NCBI GenBank assembly: GCA_040357565.1 | Contig: JBDODJ010000037.1 | Direction: 5' to 3' (one strand) | Origin: Cercozoa sp. M6MM | Taxonomy: Eukaryota; Protista; Endomyxa: Ascetosporea | DNA: 64,000 bases | Shown: one piece after another, positions 1 to 17,976 of the stretch | Position numbering within the stretch: the stretch's first letter is position 1 | How the letters are laid out: every line of letters begins with the position of its first letter | Program-made: the position numbers and the translations under genes | Notes under the pieces: generated by a model | Seen by the model: the letters and a program-made list of their open reading frames with translations, nothing else | Database searches by the model: none | Told to the model about the DNA's origin: nothing

Positions 1-279
1 TGGGTTTAAAAACCCCGTACGGGTTAACTCGGGTTTTGAACTTGCATTTTTCTTGAGGAAATACCAAACCTAAAAAGGAAGAATACTCAAAAAAAAAAAC
101 CTAAAAAAGAATACGTTTTTTGTTTACAGCACGGTGCAGCACAATCATTGCACTGGTGTGCAGACGCGTGCGCGTAGTTGCTAGTTCCCATTAGTCCGCT
201 TCGAATCTCTATCGAGTGACATATGCGACGGTGCGCCTGCGATTTTGTCATGTGTGTCCGACTGTTGTTGTGATACTGT

Positions 280-2382
280 ATGATGTCCTCTCAGCGCGCT
301 TTCGACCTACTCAGGCGACGATGCTGTAAGCTGAAGATGCGTTCTTGTGTTTTTGTCTAAGCTTCCAGCTGCGCTCAGGAGCGTGCTTTGCGGAAAGCCA
401 CGTTTGCAGATGATGATGTGCCCAAGGTATCACACCTGACCCGTGGGGTACTGCGCCTGCTAAGTTAGAATGTTTCGTCTGCAGGAAAAGCACGTGCAAT
501 TACTGATCAGTTTGGTCAACTCACACGGCTCCACCGTACTTTCTGCACTGCACTGGCAGCCACTTTTTTGCACCTTGTGTGTGTGTACGCTATGCGCACA
601 GAAACTGGCAGAGCTGCTGGCGCGGAGACTACGCGCGCAGCAGCGCTGGGAGCCTGTGCTGAAGACGCTTGTTGTGCTGGTCCGTCGCTGTTTAGACTCT
701 ATTGTTTCTGTGTGCCTGTATGTGTCTGTGTGCCTGTATGTGTCTGTGTGCCTNNNNNNNNNNTGTCTGTGTGCCTGTATGTGTCTGTGTGCCTGTATGT
801 GTCTGTGTGCTTGTATGTGTCTGTGCTTGTATGTGTCTGTGTGTCTGTGTGTCTGTGTATGCAGCACCGCTTAATGCGCGAGGCAAACGCCGGCCCTGCG
901 CAGCGGTTGGCGCAGCGCCTTCTCTCGCAACATGCGCACGTTTTCGACCTAGCGTCGTTTTTGGACAAGAAAGACACGTACCCTGTTTATACAGCTACGC
1001 CAGCTGCGTCTGTGTCTTGTATCTGTGTCTACCGTATACATCCATCGCAGAATGGCCTGGGGTCAGTCAACCTTCATTCGACTTTATGGCTCCTATTTGG
1101 TACGATTTTTACAGGGACACACACACACACACACACCCACGTGCACATATGTGTGCAGCACGAGAAGACGCTGAGTGTCGCGACGCTCGGTTACGATGTG
1201 CCAGAGCGACTGTACGAACCTCTCTGTGTATCTCTGCAATGTGTCGGGAAGTGGGGTATGCATGCAGGAAGAGATCACGTGCGGCGACGCTGCGCGAGTG
1301 GCAAACGGTACCACTCTGCTCTGTCTCTGTCTTGGTGTGTGCTGATGAAACTGAGTTCTCCATATGCGCGCAGACCAACAGTCACGCGTTGAGTGAGATG
1401 GCCCCGCTGCTGCTTGCGCAACTCAATGCGATCGTACTCTTTCAACAACCTTTGACCGTCTATTCGTCGTGTAGCGTACCTTGCCCTTGTTCAGGTGAAG
1501 TGCGAAATGTACCAACAAGAGGGCCGCGTGGCGTCTGCTGTCTCCGCCATGCTGCTGATGCTGAAGGATGCAATGCCTCTGTTTGCTGCTGTTTCGACCC
1601 TGTCCCTTAATGGTACTTCATTCTCTGCACGCGTACCTGTCTATCTGTATCTGTCCATTTCGTCTAATGAGTGTGTTATTGTGCAGTGCTGCAGTCGTAT
1701 AAACGCATGCGTGCGTCGCAGCTGCGCGCGTCGCTGCCGCTGTGCACGTCGTTCGCCGCACTCGTCGCCGCCTTCCGCGAGTGGGCGTCGGTGTGACTGC
1801 CTATGTTCTCACGTTCCTCTATTCTGCGTGTTGATGCTGTGCTTTGTGTGGGTAGCAACTCATTCGAACGGGCATTGTGCGGCAAGACATGCTGCCGGTA
1901 TTCCTTCGCGTCTCTGCGCGCGCGTGCGCGCGTGTGTGTGTGTGTGTGTGTGTGTCGAAAGTTACCACTATTGCGTTGGTCTTTGCTCTGCTTAGGAGTT
2001 CTGCGCGCTGCCAGAGAGCACGTTGGAGCAAATGCAGGCTCATTTGGACGACCTTGAACGCGGCGATCATCACGACAGTGACCGCAGTGATCACGACGAT
2101 GATCATTGCGACGACCGGTACTGTGATCACTTCGACGATCAGAATGAATCGTTGCGTGACGTTCTCGGTGCCGACGTGCACGTCGACGTTCATGCTGTAC
2201 ATTTTCTCTGTCTTCAAGCTGTGTGCTGTCGCACGGGCTGCGCTGGACAGGACTCGGATGATGACTTTGACCCACGCGCGATCAGCACCAGCAACAACAC
2301 TGCCACTGGTACCAGTAGCACCTTGAACCAACACAAGGACGTCACGGTGGACGACTTTTTCGACGACTTTCTGTCGTCCTAG
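280..2382 (+). CDS. ANTH-domain clathrin assembly protein (AP180/CALM-like), multi-exon; start approximate
   Basis: Spliced exons give RALRKATFADDDVPK|EKHVQLLISLV..KLAELLARRLRAQQRWEPVLKTLVVL|HRLMREANAG..FDLASFLDKKD, matching ANTH motifs (KAT..D..PKEKHV; W.V.LK.L.V.HRL.REG). Acidic tail DDDFDPR..DDFFDDFLSS* ends at TAG 2380-2382. Confidence 0.75.
706..858 (+). repeat. Intronic minisatellite, ~18-bp unit TGTGTCTGTGTGCCTGTA, containing a 10-N gap
   Basis: Directly visible tandem units inside an ANTH-gene intron. Confidence 0.9.
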
Positions 2383-2710
2383 GCTGCCAGCCATCGCCGG
2401 CGCATTCATTCGATTTTCTTGTACAAATTGTACGGTAGCGTAGGTCGGGTTACGATACTTGACGCGAGCTCCTCACAGCGTTGTATAATTTGTATCGCAC
2501 GCGTAGCGTAGTCGAGTACACAAGACAACACTACTTAGTCGGTTTCTTAGAACTCACAGCAAGTCAGGCAGAAATGCAGTATCAATCCAACCTCGCGTTT
2601 TTGCAAGGGGAGCAGATGACAGGTTTCCGCGCGGATCCAGTTCGAGTTTAGACGTGCTGCAACAGCTTCGCTAGCATCTGACAGAGGAGCCCAAGCTACC
2701 GTCACAGCCG

Positions 2711-3598
2711 ATGACTGATCCCGAACAGAAGTCCCAGAGCGCTTCAGACGAGCTTGTTGCAGAGAAACAGCCGTCTGCATCTGACACGGAAAAAGTTGAA
2801 GCACAACAAGAAGAAAGCGCCAGTGCTGAGACGAGCGAATTTGAAGTTCTCGTGACCAACGTGCCTAAAACGATACTTATCGCCATCGATGATAACGATC
2901 CCAGCGAAAAAGCGCTCGCGTTTGCGTGCAAGCACTTTTTGCAGCCTCCTGATCGGGTTATCCTTATGACCGTGCGACCAGAGCCACCGGTACAAACGTT
3001 GTAAACCTGCAGATTCAGGCAACTACTAATCGAAGCACAGGTCTGGGTCACCCGCGCCACGAAGGACGAGTTTGTGCGTCACTTCTCAACGCTCGTTAAC
3101 CTTCTTGAGAAGCACCGCGGAAGGATTTTCATGGACGTAAATTGTTTTAACACAAAATCCACCGAGTTTGGACTACAACAGCTGAGTGTTGTGTAGCACA
3201 ACATCGACTGTGAGACGCACATTGGCATAGGTGATGCACGTGACGAAATTGTTGAGTATGCAAAGGAGCAAAAGGTGGATGTAATTGTGCTTGGTTCGTC
3301 AAGCAAGGTAATATTACAGTAAATGAACTGCGACTTGGGCATTTGTTTGAGGCAGAGGTTGCTGTGGGTTTAGTCACGCCTGAATTTGGGAAGCGTCTCT
3401 CAGCATGTTGTCGTAAGTTCTTGGATGTGTAAATATAAATTTGCTACCGCGGCGTACGAACAGGCCAACGCGCATTGTGCTGTGACTGTTGTTCGCGGCG
3501 AACCAAAGGCCGGCCCCCTTCGTCGCTTAAGCAGAAGACTTTCATTTTCTCGGCGAAGTCGGACGGGCGAAATCGATACACCGACGACTTCCCCGTGA
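2711..3598 (+). CDS. Universal stress protein (USP) domain protein with acidic N-terminal extension, 5 exons
   Basis: KTILIAIDDNDPSEKALAFA..DRVILMTV; IGDARDEIVEYAKEQKVDVIVLGSSSK|SRLNLGSVSQHVV|ANAHCAVTVVR. All four introns are GT-AG. Confidence 0.9.
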
Positions 3599-3925
3599 TA
3601 ATGCGTTCGCGTGTTTCGTTTTCCTCGGCGATCCCTTGGCATGTGCATGACTTCGCTCGCGATAGGAACTTCAAGAGGAGCATGCAAGTCAATGGGCGGA
3701 AAATGCGACCGTGGCGAAACGTAAACTGCACGCACGGCAACGAGATCTAAAAAAACAAAGGAAAAAGGGGTTTTTACAGTCGTGCGGTGGTCTCTTTCGT
3801 GTAATTTGTAGTGCATGTAGTGACAGTGAGAAAGATAGTAATAGTTGGATCCCTCACTGTACTATCGACAGATAGCGTCAGACTTTAGTCAATAGTGTGC
3901 GGCTGTAGTCAGAAATACCGCGCAC

Positions 3926-4061
3926 TATCCCCATCCGATTTGCTCCCCCCCCCCCCGCGCTCTCCTGGTATAGCCCGTGGGCCATCTCGGGCGGGCTCGG
4001 AGACTATACCCGTATAGTTCACCAGCACGTCAAAGGGTGGGGCACAAAACGGATGGGGATA
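3926..4061. mobile_element. MITE-like element, 136 bp, with terminal inverted repeats and apparent 4-bp TSD (GCAC)
   Basis: TATCCCCATCCG at 3926 and CGGATGGGGATA ending at 4061 (imperfect extension to ~23 bp). GCAC lies on both sides (3922-3925, 4062-4065). Confidence 0.55.
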
Positions 4062-4292
4062 GCACAGGGACTAGATTTTATCCCGATTAAATGCTGGCAC
4101 TATCCGGCTAAATGCTGGATATAGGATTTGAAGGGGTCACAAGCAACTTTTGGTATGAAGTTGATGGAAAACGATACTAATAGGATGAGTGCGGATGGAG
4201 TCAGTCAGAATATCGAAGCCCCGGGGAGTGACGTGATGTGTTTGGTACCGTTACTTGTTTTGTCGTCTACACACTGTAGCACAATATGTTGC

Positions 4293-5077
4293 CTATTGAC
4301 TAAAGTCATAGTCAGGTGCATCGTCGTCCATCGCCCCTGGCATATTGAATGCCATATCGTCCTGCGCGTCCTGTTTCTGAATGGCCATCGATGCGACATG
4401 TTCACCTGCGGAGTTGATAGAAGTGGTACTGAAGCAGGAGGCATGCGCAGAACAGCACCGGCGCGCGTGCAAGCGCTGGCCAACAGTTGGTTCTCAAGCC
4501 GATGCGCAGCCTTGTCCGCCTGCGCACAAAGAACGGACATGTTCCCGGCAGATTGCAGTGAGATAAATAAAAAGGTACCATGTCGATGGCGACTTCAAAT
4601 GCGTTGCTCCGTGTGTTCTTTTGTTGCGACAGCAGGACCTTGGAATGCGAGTCCACGCGACCCGTCAACGAACCCTCAATGATCATCTAAACAACAGTGA
4701 CAAAATGTCGTCGACACCGACACAAATACAGGAAAAATACATTCACAAGCTCGTGCTCCAAACTGGTCACCGTCGTGCCTGATGAATGGTCGCATACCAA
4801 CAATAAAAAGGAGACATGTCATAAGACTTAGGAGCATGGCAAAATACTGAACGCTGCTGCCATTTTCGTGATCGATGCCGCTGCGTACGGTTCGCAGTAC
4901 CTGCAGACATAAATGTACACCACACACGCATTTGTAACATTGGTCTACGACAAAAAGTACGTTCGAACGGCTGCAGCCCGCGCTTTCTTTTGTAAGTCCA
5001 CCACCAAAGTGAACTAAAAGTACACATACATAGCATTGTCGGATCCATGTATACAGACACATCGACACATCACATCG

Positions 5078-5109
<32 letters not shown>

Positions 5110-5330
5110 ACACACACACGATAGGAGCAGTACCAAGAATGGGTGTAGCTTGCATTCTGCGAACAGAACACAGACACATACATACAAACGCACATGCAGA
5201 TTCAGGCACGGATGCACCTTCGACCGTGAGAGTAATCAGCGAGAGGAACTCGGTGAAGCGACTCGACAGAAAGGCATGCAGTGCGCGCACCGATGCGTTC
5301 ACGTTGTGCTCAGACTGCAGACGAACATAC

Positions 5331-5380
<50 letters not shown>

Positions 5381-5390
5381 NNNNNNNNNN

Positions 5391-5438
<48 letters not shown>

Positions 5439-5656
5439 ATACATAGAATCAACAGAAAAGGCACAATGAGAGGCGACAAGTGCTTATTGTCCAGAAGACG
5501 AGTCTTAAGTTCGTTCCGCGGCAGGCGTGCCAGAGCAAGGAGGCACACAATATCCTGAGTACACCGTTAACCAATATACTCCGTCATTATACACGAGAAA
5601 CACACATACAAGAGAGAAACATACCACCAAGGCAGAAGGGAACAGGATGCGCGACT

Positions 5657-5732
<76 letters not shown>

Positions 5733-6331
5733 GGCACTTGTCACCCCAACGCAAATCTGGGATGCGATACCACAGGCGACTCGGCGTACTCCGGCGATAG
5801 CAGTACAAAGTAGTCAACGGCATTCTGCATAGACGTATTCAAAATAGACGTATTCAAAATAGTAGGGTTGTCTGAGTGACAGGATGTACCAGGAGCTTCT
5901 TGTTTCGTAGTTCTTGCAGCGCCAATGTTGCCTGTGCATAATCGCATCACTGCGTAAAACGTACATATACACATGGGTATGTACCAAAGCACCGCAGACG
6001 TAGCGGTTGGCCGCGGGTCGGCGACGCTTGGAGAACACTCGTCGCGGCGTGTCCGCGTACATACTGTAGTGCACACACAGGGAAGTCGCAAGTACACATG
6101 TACCGCTAGCTGTGGTGCACTCAAACGAAAGTACGAGTCTTCTTTTAGGGTGCGGTTCGCCCAGTTGCGCGCGGCTCTGTCGTTCGCACTCGTTGGTACT
6201 TAATACGCATCCAAACAAACGCAGGTGGGACAAAGTGTACGTGAAGTCATTGGCACACAAAGCAAGCACAATGCCGCGTTCGCACACCGAAAGAATCGTC
6301 TGCCTGGCCTTCTGTGCACAGAAAGCATGTG

Positions 6332-6383
<52 letters not shown>

Positions 6384-6530
6384 TACATGTATCGTATTTG
6401 CCGATCACAGGATGCCGCCGGCTCCAANNNNNNNNNNNNNNNNNNNNNNNNNNNNNNNNNNNNNNNNNNNNNNNNNNNNNNNNNNNNNNNNNNNNNNNNN
6501 NNNNNNNNNNNNNNNNNNNNNNNNNNNCTT

Positions 6531-6609
<79 letters not shown>

Positions 6610-7245
6610 CTACTCGTAGTTACGCAGGTGTACCATTGTGCGAGCGACCTGGTAGGCGCCCTGTAGCGCGTTCTGTGCTTTGTGCGGCTCGCCGGTGGAG
6701 CTTTGGAGCTGCGCCAGCTGCAGCTGCAACTGGACTTGCGTCTCCAGCGCGGCGTCCTGCTGACTCATCTTGAGCTGGCGCTTCAGCTGCTCCAGCTCAC
6801 TCTGCGGAACATTCATGTCGGACAAAGTGTACGCGAAGTCATCGGCACACGGTACAAGCATCACACCAACAAAACACTGAGTACCTGCACGGAGGAAGCG
6901 GCGCGACCCTCCCAAACCGCGTCCGTCTGAACGTCCATGTTGTGCTGCACGCACAGGCACAAAAATCCACACATGCACCACACATGCAAGAAACGCCGAT
7001 TTGGTCCGTACCCGACGTGCAAGAGCCACAAGTTGCCGCACGAGCTTGACGTCCTTGGAGTTCGTCTGAACATGCTGCAGCGCGATTTGGATTGCCAGCC
7101 CTGGCTGCACCTTTTGGTGCACAAGGTGCTGCATGTGTTGCGCCTGTGAGGGCACAAATAATCACAAAGATCAACATCACAGAAAAATGCTCAGTACCAC
7201 TGCCTCTGGCAGCAGCTGTTGCGACAACTCGTGTAAATTCAACAT
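4293..7245 (-). CDS. CSN1: COP9 signalosome subunit 1 (PCI domain), multi-exon
   Basis: Exons LLALARLPRNELKTRLLDN; YCEPYAAASITKMAAAFS; TTVTSLEHELVN; MIIEGSLTGRVDSHSKVLLSQQKNTRSNAFEVAIDM. These closely track the GPS1/CSN1 C-terminus (YFSPY..ADM..MA.AF; TTV..LE.EL; LI.EG.I.ARVDSHSKIL). Start is approximate. Confidence 0.85.
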
Positions 7246-7609
7246 CTGCCAAGCCAGTCAAACTTCGTGATCAATTATGGGCTTTCCAATGCAAGAACGA
7301 CACTGTCGTGCTTCTGGGGTTAAGTGAATGCAACTTAGCTAAGTGAAACCACCCGTGGGCACATTAAGTGACTGCAGAAAACCCAACCCGGCTACTGGTC
7401 CAGGAACTTGAAAACCAACAAAAAAAGAAAACTCGAATGCGTCGGCAGTTGGCCAGTATTCAAAACCAGTGAAGGCCATCGTCATTGATGTGTTTACATT
7501 ACATGATCATCATGAACGGAGTGTTCTGACCACTGGACCAACCAAGAGCTAAGTGAAGAAGTTATTACAGTTGAATGAAAACGGTTTTTTGTTTGTCTCC
7601 TCATGCATC

Positions 7610-11397
<3,788 letters not shown>

Positions 11398-11835
11398 TGG
11401 GTGGCAGAGATCAAAGACTGACTGCAGCGTACACACGCCTCACCGGTTTTCAGACGACGGCGTCGACAGGAAGGGAACTGTACGGAACAACATCGATAGC
11501 AGATCTTTGAGACCTTACAGTGCAAAAAGTACCACATCCGACGCTATTGAACCAGAGTTGTTAAACTGGGCGCAGCCGCCCACAGCTATTTGGCGGCTAT
11601 AGCTGTCAAAAACGGTGTTTGTCTTTGCAATTGAGCTTGCGTCGTCGGCCACTGCTTGTAAATTAGTATCGGAATCGAATTACAGCAAAAAAAAAAAAAA
11701 AAAAAAACAACTACACGCCGCCACTTGGTTCGTTGTTTTCGCCTGGTGGCGTTGTTTTCGCGCCAAGCCAGCTGCCGGATTTTAGTTCAACCTCACGCAC
11801 ACGACGAGTCTCCAAGCCGAGCAAGGACGGGAAGG

Positions 11836-12537
11836 TTACTCGACCTGGTCGCCGAACAGACGCAAAAAGGCGCGATTACGCAAGACCTCGTCGCGCAAGC
11901 CATGAGCCACCACCTGTATGCAGTTTAAGTAGCGCACACATTGGCAACATCACTCCGTGTGACCCTGGATACCTCGCCCTTGTCGAGAACGGCGACGTGT
12001 GTAGCCACTTCCTTTACCTACAGGGAACCACAAGTTACTTGTGCATGCGTGAACACAAGCATGCGAACTACGGTGGAGTGTCGGTGCGCCACAATGACGA
12101 CAGCTGCTCCCGCCGCGACCATCTCGCGCACTTGGCGCAGCACGCTCTGCTCCGTCGCGCCGTCCAGAGCCGAGGTCGGCTCGTCCTACATGTCAACATC
12201 CACATACACACACACACACACCCAAGTTATGCACACGCATAACGAACAAGCCAAGGTGACTACCAAGATGACGAGCTGCGCATCGCGGCGCATCCACGCG
12301 CGCGCCAGTGCAAGTCGCTGTCGCTCGCCGCCACTGAGCGTTTGTCCGCGCTGATGCAGACACTCGTCTTGTCCGTGCGGAAGTTCATCGATGACCTGAC
12401 GAACGTGGGCCTGCTCGAGTGCGAGGTGCAGCTGCTTGGGCGACGCGTTGCTTTGAGTGTCAGCAAGGCGCAGGTTGTCTGCCGTCGACATTGAGAAAAG
12501 TGACGGGTCCTGCGGCACTCTATGTGTGCGTCATCCG

Positions 12538-12573
<36 letters not shown>

Positions 12574-15090
12574 ACATAGCCATGTTGGACACAACATACG
12601 CCATCACGGAGGAAAGAAGGGGAAAAGTACAGAGCAATGTGACGACGCCATTGCTGCGTGTCAAGATCAAGGACGCGCTCGGTGCTACTGTCGTCAGTGA
12701 CACGAGTGCTGGCTGTGACACTGCCCTGTTGCGGTGAATAGAAACGCAGCAACAGCTTTGTCAACGTCTAACGATCAAAACACAGCACACATACATACAC
12801 AGACACAGACATGCGATGCCTATTTATTGTGCGAGTAAAGACGTTACAGACTTGCCGCCGCCGGAAGGTCCAACAAGCGCAGTCACGGTACCGGCACGCA
12901 AAGGCAACGTCACGTTCTTACTGTGCCATCTCACAGCGTAAAAACAGAGAAGTCAAGGGATATACGGAGTGGAGGAGTACAGCACCGGTCGTTCGGGTCG
13001 CGACGGGTATGCAAAAGTGACGTTGTGAAGAGAGACACCGGTCCAGGTGCACTCACTATCATCCGCCTTCGACTCTGATACGACAGAGTAAGCTATAGGG
13101 GACGTAGAGATGTATAACAGCAACAAAGTTACCCTCAATGACTTCAGGTTCAAACTCGGTCTGCAGCGATCTGACGAAGTTGAATTGGGCGGCACCTGTG
13201 CAAGTGTCAGTTCCCCTTGTGGTCGCCCCCAACCTGATACCAAACTGAGAATGAAAGTCGCACCCTCTCGCACACACCGCAGCGACTTAAACAGCGACAC
13301 CTGTTCCACATGCATATACACAGAAACAGACATACAGACACAGACACACAGACACACAGACACACAGACACACAGACACACACACACACACACACAGCGG
13401 GAGACAAAGAGCATACCAAGTGAAGCACGCCGACGACTGCCTTGCTCACGATGCCAGGCACGGCAGCAGCAGGCAGGTGCCGCAACGTCACAATGCTCCA
13501 GGTGCACATGGCCGGGAAGGCATTGCGCAACAGTGACTGAGCACACACCTCTCGCATTGACAGACAGGAAACCAGCCGGCATCTAGGGTACCGTGCGCAG
13601 TTGAGACAAGGTTTCGGCAGCAGCGTTCATCATTTGCGCAGACATGCACCTACAACACGCAAACACACATGCATACGCTGCAACATCGTGAGTGATTATA
13701 TCAGAGGAAAAACACATCTCTGACACGCGTCTAAGCTGCCAATTCTGAGCGTCGGCACCCTGCAAAGATACAAGGCACATTGTCCTAGGTACGGGCAAGA
13801 ACAGACACTAAATGCGATAAAGTAGAAGGAACCAAGGCGCGCAGCAGAGAGATACCCGTGGATGTGATACACTCTGCGCACACACTCTCACATGCACATG
13901 CGCATACAAAGAGGTGAGTATCATGCCAATCCGCGATACCAGCAAAAGCACTGGTGGCACGCGCCAAAGCCTCCTTGGCGGCTGCACAAATGTGGGGTGT
14001 ATAAACACAGACACAGACACAGACACATTAAACGCTACCAGCACGTCGGCGCGCACTCATGCCCTGCAGCGCGTTGATGCCACCGACGACAACCACCAAG
14101 GGCAAAATGGACCCTGCATGGGACGGACGTAAGCAACGGGGGGGGGGGGGTGAGTAGGTAAACGAGTGTATGTTACATCCAAGAGAGGAGATGAGCGACT
14201 TGGCGTGCCACACTGTCATCATTGCCGACGCCAGAAGACTCGGCACACCTGCGGTACCAACATGATCGATCAGTGAACACGTGCAGCACAGTGTACCCTC
14301 AATGGACAGAGCAGATGTGACACTGTCGTCGCTGCAGATGCGCACCGCCAGTGCAGTGGCCGCGTGACGGTTGTGTCGCCGCCCAGTGTCACCATCCTCA
14401 CTCGAGGACTCGGTCACACTGTTCGACTCTGTCACATCATCACTGTCACCAGTGTGGCTCTCGTGCCCTCCAAAGTAAGCATCGTAGGAGGCTGCAGTGG
14501 CCAGCAGCGGAGACGCCTGGGCCTCATCGCGCAACTGACGCGTCTTCCGACTACGGCATCGAAGAGCAGATACTTGTTTTGCCTTACCCTCTTGTTTCTC
14601 AGTCGATAAGAAAACTCACCGAGCGAGCCACGAGGCCGCAGTGTCGTTGGCAAACTTCACAAGCGCCACCGAGGCAGCGAAACGCAGCAGAAAGCGCGGG
14701 TCGGCAATGCCTGTCGCACAGAGGTGTACAAGACTCAACCGCTCGTAAATCGCAGAATGTACCATCAGCGTTGAAGAGAGTCACAAGCGGCGACAACACC
14801 GGCGACTACGCACAGGGTACAACCAGGAGCAGATCATACCGATGCGGAGATAATTTTAACATTGATACCTTACACGCGCCAAAATCCGAGAGCGCTGGCG
14901 ACGTCAAAGAGCGCAGGAACTCGCTTTCGGCAGCGCCAACGCAAGTAGACACTGCAAACTTGACAACACACTCAAAATATCAGGTATTCGTAGTGGATCG
15001 CGTACCTGCAGCATGAGCAATCATGCACGGCGCACCCAAGCCCGAAAACGCAAAGCCCAGGAAGGAACTTAGACCGTTGTTGTCCCCCAT
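11836..15090 (-). CDS. ABC transporter, ABCB-like half transporter (TMD followed by NBD), multi-exon
   Basis: VSLHNVTFAYPSRPERPVL; Walker A VGPSGGGKS|TLTKLLLRFY; signature LSGGERQRLALARA; Walker B VIL|DEPTSALD; H-loop IVAHR. Hydrophobic exons lie upstream. Start is approximate. Confidence 0.85.
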
Positions 15091-15553
15091 TTCGTAGTAG
15101 ACCGTTCCTGCACTTGGTGAATTCAGCTAGATACACGAAAAACAAGGGTACATTATTTACTGTATAATCACGATTTTGTCTTGGCCGCTGGACTCTGTGT
15201 TGCTGTCTACTCTACATAGGTTGCCATTGTGCTTATCGTTGTGTTAATCTAACACACTGGCGTAATTCGACCTTTGTGCCTCACGCGCGCTCCAATGAAC
15301 CAGGGCGTTTTGGGCGCCTTCCACGACGACGTTGCTGTGCCGGCGACTTCGTCGCGCTCTGGTACGCTTCTTTAGATGGGACTGGTACGCGATACACTTT
15401 CCGCAGATAGTCGGTCGCGCAAAAGCCGCAGCAGATCGCGATCGCGCAGTCGCACCCGTCGGTATACTTGTGCGTGAGCACGTGCGTGCTTAGGGGAATG
15501 AAAGTTATCACAGGGAGCGCCGCGAGAGAGAGCAGGGACCGCGTGATGCCACG

Positions 15554-17286
15554 ATGCTCTCCAGTGCTGCCGGTAGATTATCTCTGCTTTTCCTGTAGCT
15601 AGCCCGCCTTATGTGTGGTCCGCTTAGCCAAGTGGCAAGCACACACGATCAAGGATCGATACTTCATGCCCGCCAGAGGCGAGAACAAGATTGGTCAGGG
15701 CACCTACGGTTCCGTCTTTGTTGCGCATCGTCGCCGGTATGTCATTTTGTGTTAACACCCCTCTTAAATGGTATTCCCTATGTTATCCCTACGTTTTACC
15801 GATGTCGGCGCCGTCAGGAAGCAGCAGATGGGCAAGGTGGAGGTGCCGCGAAAAGGCGAGCCCGTGGCCATCAAGCAGCTGCACCTGGAGCGTGAGAAGG
15901 AAGGGTTCCCTGTGACAAGTGTGCGCGAGATCGCTCTGCTTCAACTCAGTCAGGTGAGTGACTCTGTCCGCGCGGACCTGTGGCCTGTGCGAATGGCCTG
16001 TGTGATGGCCTGTGCAAATGGCCTGTGCATGTGATAAGGGTGTGTGTGCGTGTCCAGGCCCGGCACGCGCAGGCACTCAAGAGTCAGCAGCAGTCGCGGC
16101 ACTCCCTGCAGACGCTGCCGTCGCAAGAGCCCGTGGTCAGTCTGCGCGACGTGTGCGCACTCGAGCGAACGCTGCGGCAACCCTCGGCGCCGCGCGACGT
16201 CTTCCTCGTGTAGGCCTATCCTAGGCCGATCCCTCCTAGCCCTCATACAACTTTCCTTCTGTTGTCGCTCTATTGGGGTGGGTGCTTTCAGCTTTGAAAA
16301 GTGCGACCATGACCTTCGTGGTCTTATTTTAAATCGTAGGTACACTGACACACGCGTGTTCTTCTTGTGCTTTCGACACTGTATATGTGTTGTGTGTTGT
16401 GTGTTGTGGATAGGAACTTTGGCGACCAACTGCGCACCAATCGTGCTTGGCAGAAGGTGTCCTGCCTGTTTGTATACGTATACGGAGAGTGTATCGATGA
16501 TATGTGTGCTTTGTGGGGGTTATGGCAAAACAGTGGATTCTCGGGGCACTGCTGGAGTCGCTGCAGGTGCTACACGACGAGTGTGGCGTACGCTTGTCCC
16601 TATTTCTCTCACTCCTTTCCCATCTCTCTCTCTCTCTCTCTCTCTCAGGTTCTCCATCGTGATGTCAAGAGTGCCAATATCCTGGTACTTTTCCTCAGTT
16701 CCGCGCCTCGATCTCCATGTGCACGCGTATTTCTGCGTGTGGGAAAAAGGTGAAAAACAACGGTGCTGTACGACTGGCGGATCTTGGTCTGGCGCGGTAC
16801 ATGTCCCGTTCGCATGTTTTAAAAAGTGACCACACACACAAGCTTGTTTCTGGTGTCTCAGGCAGTACCTGCGCGACCCGTTCCGACGTCTGCGCGAACT
16901 TGACCGCACTGGCGCCTGTACAGTTCCTTGTTTCCCTTTCTTACTCTGTGTCTTAAGACCTCCTCACTCTGACTGCACAGGCAAGGACGAGGACAAGGAC
17001 CTGGAGGATGCCCGCAAGACGCCCAACGTAGTCACATTGTGGTACCTGAAAGCGCACCTGTGTATGGCGGGTCTCCCTATCTGATAGGCGTGCGTGTTTG
17101 CAGGTACCGTGCTCCCGAACTGCTGCTGCACGAGCGTTGCTATGGCAGGTACTGGCTTTACCCCCCCCCCCGAATGTCACCCTTACCCTCCTTCTGTCAA
17201 CTGTTTCAGTGGCATCGACATCTGGTCGGCGGGTTGCGTCTTTGCCGAAATGATACTGGTAGTTCTCGGCCACCCCTTGTACACAC

Positions 17287-17344
<58 letters not shown>

Positions 17345-17866
17345 CTGTTGTTTCCATTGACGTTTCTTCTTCTTGTGTTCATGTGGATAGGGCAAGCCGC
17401 TGTTCGGAGAGCCGACCGAAGTGCGTGCGCTCAGTGCCATTGTCGAGGTAGTTGGTGTTTCTGTTGAACTCCTTTTTCGCTACTTAATCCCTCTCGTGGA
17501 CACAGTTATTAGGCTTACCCAACGACGATGCTTGGCCGACAGAGGTGCCCTACTGTCTTGCCTCGCCGCTCTCTGCCGTACTTTTGTTGGTTTGTGGAAA
17601 AGGGCGAGTCGTTTGAAAAACTGTGCGAACGTCACTACAGTCTGGTGCGTATCTGACCTCCCTTGTCTTTTGTTGGCATCCCCGCGGACGACTTGTGTGC
17701 TGACCTGCAGACTCCACGAGCACCTGATCGGCCGACGTTTGATGCTGTGTTTGATAGCGTCGATGCCGACGCGAAAGATGTACGTTACATTTCCTCCCAG
17801 AGAGTCTGTTTTGTGTGTCTGTGTGTGTGTGTGCGTGTGTGTGTGTCTATGTGCGTGTCTATGTGT

Positions 17867-17918
<52 letters not shown>

Positions 17919-17928
17919 NNNNNNNNNN

Positions 17929-17976
<48 letters not shown>

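Noticed and set aside
1-120. Palindromic and A-rich sequence at the window start (GGGTTTAAAAACCC) as a telomere or transposon end
   Set aside because: No tandem telomeric unit and no partner terminus within the window; it cannot be evaluated.
6428-6527. Runs of exactly 10 or 100 N
   Set aside because: Scaffolding placeholders at collapsed microsatellites, not biology. They may hide small exons (e.g. in CSN1).
15281-15511. 76-aa minus-strand ORF between the ABC and CDK genes
   Set aside because: No ATG start (the track uses an alternative codon), no recognisable motif, and it lies in a probable bidirectional promoter/UTR.
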